Shown here: one piece after another, positions 59,601 through 64,000 of the stretch
How positions within the stretch are numbered: the first letter of the stretch is position 1
How the letters are laid out: every line of letters begins with the position of its first letter
Assembly: GCA_964658305.1 (NCBI GenBank)
Contig: OZ210885.1
Coordinates: 13,702,001 to 13,766,000 of the forward strand
Source of the DNA: Leptogorgia sarmentosa
Taxonomy: Eukaryota
Direction: 5' to 3'
DNA length: 64,000 nt
The notes under the pieces: model-generated
The model's database searches: none
The model's input: the letters and a program-made list of their open reading frames with translations, nothing else
What the model was told of the DNA's origin: nothing
Translations under genes and position numbers: made by a program

Positions 59601-61702
59601 CACAGAATCCTAGCAATTCCAGCATCAAACTTGAATAAAAATACCCAAAATTTGAATAGTTTTGTGCGCTATGCAAATTATTTTGTTCAAAATCCTCGCA
59701 AAAGCAATGTCAAAATGACGCGATTTGATTGGCCGAGAAATTCACGTGACAGCTGTCCAACCTCCTCTGGTTAATTCTATTCAAATTGCTGTTTTTGCGT
59801 TACGCACATGGTTAAAAAATCTTCATTACGCTGTTAATTTGCTTCACATGCAATGAAGGTTACAATTGAACAATTAAACAGATTTATTTAATTGATGTAA
59901 TTCGCCTGATAATCAATGTCACATGATCAAATACATGTGGGATGTGGACTCTGACAATACTAAATCATTATTGAATGATTTGAGGCATTTTAGATTGTCT
60001 AGCTACGTTCTTATCCATACGAATAACTGCAAACAATGATGAACAATAGTATAGCGTTAGCGAGTAGCAAAACATGTGAATTTTCGCTCAAGAAAATGTC
60101 TTCTGAGACGCGTTTTAAAATTATTTTTCGCAATATTTTCATGTTTGATCTCTGATTCTACTAAAACAATTAGATCACTCGCTCTCGATTTCTACGAGAT
60201 GATAGTTGATTCGGGCTTCGCCCTCATCAACTATCACCTCATAGAAATCTCGAGCTCGTAATCTAATTGTTAAATAGAAATCTCGAACTCGTAATCTTAT
60301 TGTTAAGTAGGAAACAACCTTTGCGAATAGAATCGAGCAAAACCTCGCCAATTTACGACAGCTTTAGGACTTGGCAAATTATTTTACTGTTCTGAAAATG
60401 TATTTTATACAAAAAGCACATGATGGTGGGAAAAAGAAGTTGTAGTGCTTTAGCATCTCGAAATTTGTTTGGTGTATGCCTTGACATAGAGGCTTTTTTC
60501 GGAAGAAAATATTCCTGAAATAGAGCATTTTTTCCGCAGAAAATGTTATTTATCACGACCATTATTAACTAATGTAAAATACATTGCAAGCTGTTAGACT
60601 TTTGTTCAAGGACGAGATTTAATTTAATTTAATTGTTTTAACCTGATCGCTCGATTTCTAGCCCATGTTATTCGCAAATATATATTTTAATAAAAACTGC
60701 TTTCGCATACTTTAATTTTAAAGGTTTCGCCGTCTTATACAAAATAGTATGGAATTTTTCATATTCATTTTAAAATTATAGCTTAGGGTTATTGCGTCAT
60801 CGCGGCTCGCACATTTCTGGTAATGAAACAAAAATCCAGCAAGAAAAAAAACTATTAATTTGGTTGATTTCTTCCTGACATGGTGTGAACAATGGGGATT
60901 TATTCCGAATTTGCTTCCCAATTTTCAAAATGAAGATTGGGGCGAAGTAAATTTGCAATAATTCTAGAAACGCGCTTCATAACGTGTATGTGCATGTGCT
61001 GTTTTACATCATGAAATTTGAATTACAGCTCAACCTACAACAAGTAACACGCCCAAAAATAACATTTGAAAATCTCGTTCGGAAATGATACACATACCTT
61101 TTTGCCTGAAGCAATTATGATATCATCCGAGCAGGGCACGAATTGTAACGCGGTAACGGGATCAGAACAAGTGTTGTCATGTGACCATATTAACGTCGGC
61201 AAGTTTTCTTCAACATTCCAAAGCTTCACAGACCCACCGATAGACCCCGATGCAATGCGACGTGAACGATCATGACCTCCTCCCTCGCCTTTAACTTGAG
61301 AAATGGCATCCTTGTGTGCTGGGAATTTCAATTGCGATTTATTGTTAAGATGGAACCATAACAGTTCTCCGTCATCATAACCAAGCAATGCATAGTTTGA
61401 ACCAAGAGCAGTAATGCAGTTTACTTTAACTTCTGGTTGACCCAAATTAATGCTGGCCTCGGTATCAATAAAAGTTCTTAGTTCGATCCTGTTTGCCTCG
61501 TCAACAAAAACGAAACGGACATCATCACTTAATAAGCACACAAAACGTATGGCGACTCCAGATTCGGTCTTTGCGAAGTTTTGAACTATTTTAGAACACT
61601 CTATGTCAACCAGTGACAATGTTCCTGAACTGCTTCCAGACAGAGAAAATTTCCCATTTGATGTGATGTCAATTGCTGTAACTATCGAGTCGTCAGGGTG
61701 AC
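53360..61702 (-). CDS. Tandem paralog (copy B), last three exons of the WD40 region; 5' part lies beyond the window end
   Basis: Exons 61702-61098 (phase 1 to 0), 55891-55642 (0 to 1) and 53691-53360 (ends TGA) splice in frame. The first is highly similar to 1-491, and intron segments near 62636, 63060 and 63890 match 1690-2150. Confidence 0.85.
54095..54285. repeat. Imperfect palindrome (MITE-like)
   Basis: ATGCTTTTAATAGAAATTAG...CTAATTTCTATTAAAAGCAT with paired inner arms. Confidence 0.65.
54496..54848. repeat. Minisatellite of palindromic TTTCACATGTGAAA units, followed by an AT microsatellite (to about 54942)
   Basis: About 20 degenerate units with short spacers. Confidence 0.85.
54937..55245. 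mobile_element. MITE with about 65-bp inverted ends
   Basis: CCGGGATTCAATGAAGCG...GAGGTATTGAAATGAGT mirrored at 55172-55218. Confidence 0.6.
55642..55891 (-). CDS. Copy B penultimate exon
   Basis: tttgacag|IDRINANGVVHSYEDV...VTEWNL...VAIL G|gtaaat. Confidence 0.72.
56055..56859. mobile_element. hAT-type MITE containing a second nested hAT MITE (56291-56618)
   Basis: Outer TSD CCTTAATG with ends CAGCGCCGGATTA / TAATCCGGCACAG; inner TIR CATAAGCGTAC with TSD ATGCTAAG. Confidence 0.8.
57524..59769. mobile_element. Intact non-autonomous DNA element with 18-bp TIR CAGAGGAGGTTGGACAGC
   Basis: Perfect TIR; TSD GTTAATTCT; right end homologous to the palindrome arms at 38323 and 41406. Confidence 0.85.
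60058..60305. repeat. Second copy of the hairpin repeat at 28178-28665
   Basis: Near-identical sequence (ORF track peptides at 28190 and 60076 match). Confidence 0.75.
61098..61702 (-). CDS. Copy B WD40 exon (equivalent to copy A exon 14)
   Basis: GHPDDSIVTAIDITSNG...IASGSIGGSVKLWNV; donor AAG|GTATGT. Confidence 0.86.
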
Positions 61703-63236
61703 CTGAAAGAAGTAAAACGTTTAAAGTCATTTGAAGTTGTCAAGTATATCAATTAATATTTTGTAAGTTCAGCAAGTCAGTGAATAACACAAATTACCAT
61801 AAACTTTTACGCCGGGCTCCGCTTTTTGCGAGTAATACTCAAAGAAATAAACTTATAATTTTGATGGGGGAACAACATATTTTTCGGAAAGATAAGCTTG
61901 AAATTCAAATTTCAGGATACTTAGACAACAATCGATGAAATCTTTTAGCTTGAACGAGTGGCTTTTGAATTGGTTTCATCATCTTGGATGTTTTAGCGAT
62001 CTATAGCCACTCTGCTTTTTCAAGTTACCATGTCCATAAAGTCCATTGTGTTATCGGAACAATCGTGTACGTTTAGTATTGAACTGAGGTTTATCGTTCA
62101 CCAATATGTCCCAAGAGTAAAATGCATACTATGCCGTGTTTGGTACCAAAATGTGGAGCGAGAAAGAATTTTTCCCGAGGTGCAGCCTTTTCCTATAGAT
62201 ATGCCGTGAGTCCGAGACTCTATTCATCAGCAAACGCGCATTGCCAAGAAGCAACGCGTGAAAATTTAAATTCAGAATGGCTGAGACTGCTCACGAGGAG
62301 AGATGCGTATTGAAAAAAGTCGGATGATTTAGATGGTTTCGACAGTTGGACTATGTTTCTCAGTACCAGCTGTTTTTGGCATTTTGATTTTGATGAGAAA
62401 ACGCTGAGGGATATCGGGGGGTATTGATGAATTCTGAGGACATTGATCGTACAGCCGCTGGGAAGATTGCGCGGGCTGAAATATCCGCGAATTCTGGCTA
62501 TGGTGCGGACTATAACAATAGCGTTATATATCAAAATAAGGATATTGTGGTAAAGAAACGGTTAGCCAGCAGTAATTCACGCTGTTACCTTTTGCCAAAT
62601 AGTTTCAGTTTTATTTTTCCAAGACAACTGCACGTCAATTGTTAACCGGATTGTTTTGCATTCATAAACTTGTTTGAGATGTTTATATTCAATGAAAATA
62701 ATGTCATGGAATAAGAAATACTTCTTAATATAGGTTTGGAGCCAATTTATATAAAATCTGTACTAATAGTCCATCTTGTCTATATATAAAATTTTATATA
62801 CTTGGTTTTGTCGTGAATTATTGCATGCCGAGCAGGTTCAGACAAATACACTCTGTTACACCCAGATCTTTAACAATTGGGACAAATTACATACAATTAC
62901 GTTTTTTCTTTTTTTCCAAGATCGCATTGTTTTCAGTAGCAGATCGTCATCATGCAGTTTTACGAACAATGCAGTTTTAGGATTAAGGTATAAGTTGTGC
63001 GATAATGGAAATCGTAGATGGTCAAACTCATCACTGACAGTCGAATGGATAATTTATTTTTGACTGGATCCCGCATTTTTAACAGCAGGATGACCCAGGA
63101 AATACAATATTGGCGTCAAAAATGACTGGAACTACAGAATTGGGGCTCGTAGTTGGGGTCCTTTATAGCACTTCCAAACAGTGAGATAACTGAACTAATC
63201 TTGATAAGGTCAAAATTAAATATACATAACATACAT

Positions 63237-63752
63237 TATTATATGGCAAGTGTTCTGAGCGGTCTGTCTGCTAAAATACAGCATCCTGATTGGTTCCTGA
63301 GCGGTCGGTAACCTGCAGTACGGACCGCTCGCGTTTAGCGACGTCGGTTGTTTATTGAATCAAGCGACAACGAAGACGAAATAAGTTAAAAACATGTTTG
63401 AACATTCTGTTCTTTTTTTGTTTCAACATTTTGTTCTTTTTTTGGTAGCCAATAACATTTTAGAGAACAATTTTTAGCGAACTTCTTCAGCTGTTCTTAT
63501 ATTAATTAGCCGTTTACCGGCTTTGTTCATAGTATTGAATTGTTGTAAACGAGTTTTGTTTATTTTTTGCCATATAATAAATAGCTTATTGACTGAGTTT
63601 GTTCGATCCGCACTGGAGGATACTGCACGGTCTCGTTCTTTTCTCGCTTGTTTATGGACCTCGCCTTCGGCTCGGTCCATAAACAAGCGCGAAAAGAACT
63701 CGACCGTGCAGTATCCTCCAGTACGGACCTCACACTCAGTCAATAACATATA
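63237..63752. repeat. Interspersed element with short inverted ends and a terminal hairpin, apparently absent from the copy A intron
   Basis: TATTATATGGCAA / TTGCCATATAATA inverted pair; hairpin ACTGGAGGATACTGCACGGTC...GACCGTGCAGTATCCTCCAGT. Confidence 0.5.
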
Positions 63753-64000
63753 TGTATAATGCAAATAAATTGAAAAGGATGACGGGAAAAATTCTTGATC
63801 AGCTAAAAATGCATTGAGATTTACATTCACCGCAGCAACGATGTGCTGCAAATCCTATAGGATTTCTATATACCACAGCAATCTTGTAGTTTTGGTATTC
63901 TTTCTCTACATGCAACACGACCTAAATAATGCATATCAGCTTGTAGATACTCGCGATGAAACCGTTTTCATTGTATTGTTCGTAATCAGAAAATAGCATG

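Overview
AT-rich, intron-containing animal genomic DNA; a cnidarian/coral-like origin is inferred from the gene and repeat types, not proven. (1) A 14-exon-in-window minus-strand gene (26123 to <1) encodes an APAF1/NLR-type STAND receptor. Its N-terminal effector is a HEPN-like domain (RNEWAH = R-x4-H) rather than a CARD or death domain, followed by a coiled-coil linker, NB-ARC, HD2 and long WD40 arrays. All splice phases close. (2) The last three exons of a tandem paralog lie about 61.2 kb away (53360-61702). (3) Between the two copies is a nested transposon stack: a piggyBac remnant, a BEL/Pao LTR element, a hAT element, a CAGAGG-ended element and a TTAA-flanked MITE. The stack has been rearranged by an inversion and a 3.1-kb foldback palindrome. 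(4) A cluster of about 19 tRNA genes and pseudogenes (42033-50411) is partly built by inverted duplication. (5) Introns and intergenic DNA carry many MITEs, a Kolobok-like THAP element, a HINE-like element and a CACTG (EnSpm-like) element. No prokaryotic features or CRISPR arrays were found. All calls are by eye; no searches were run.
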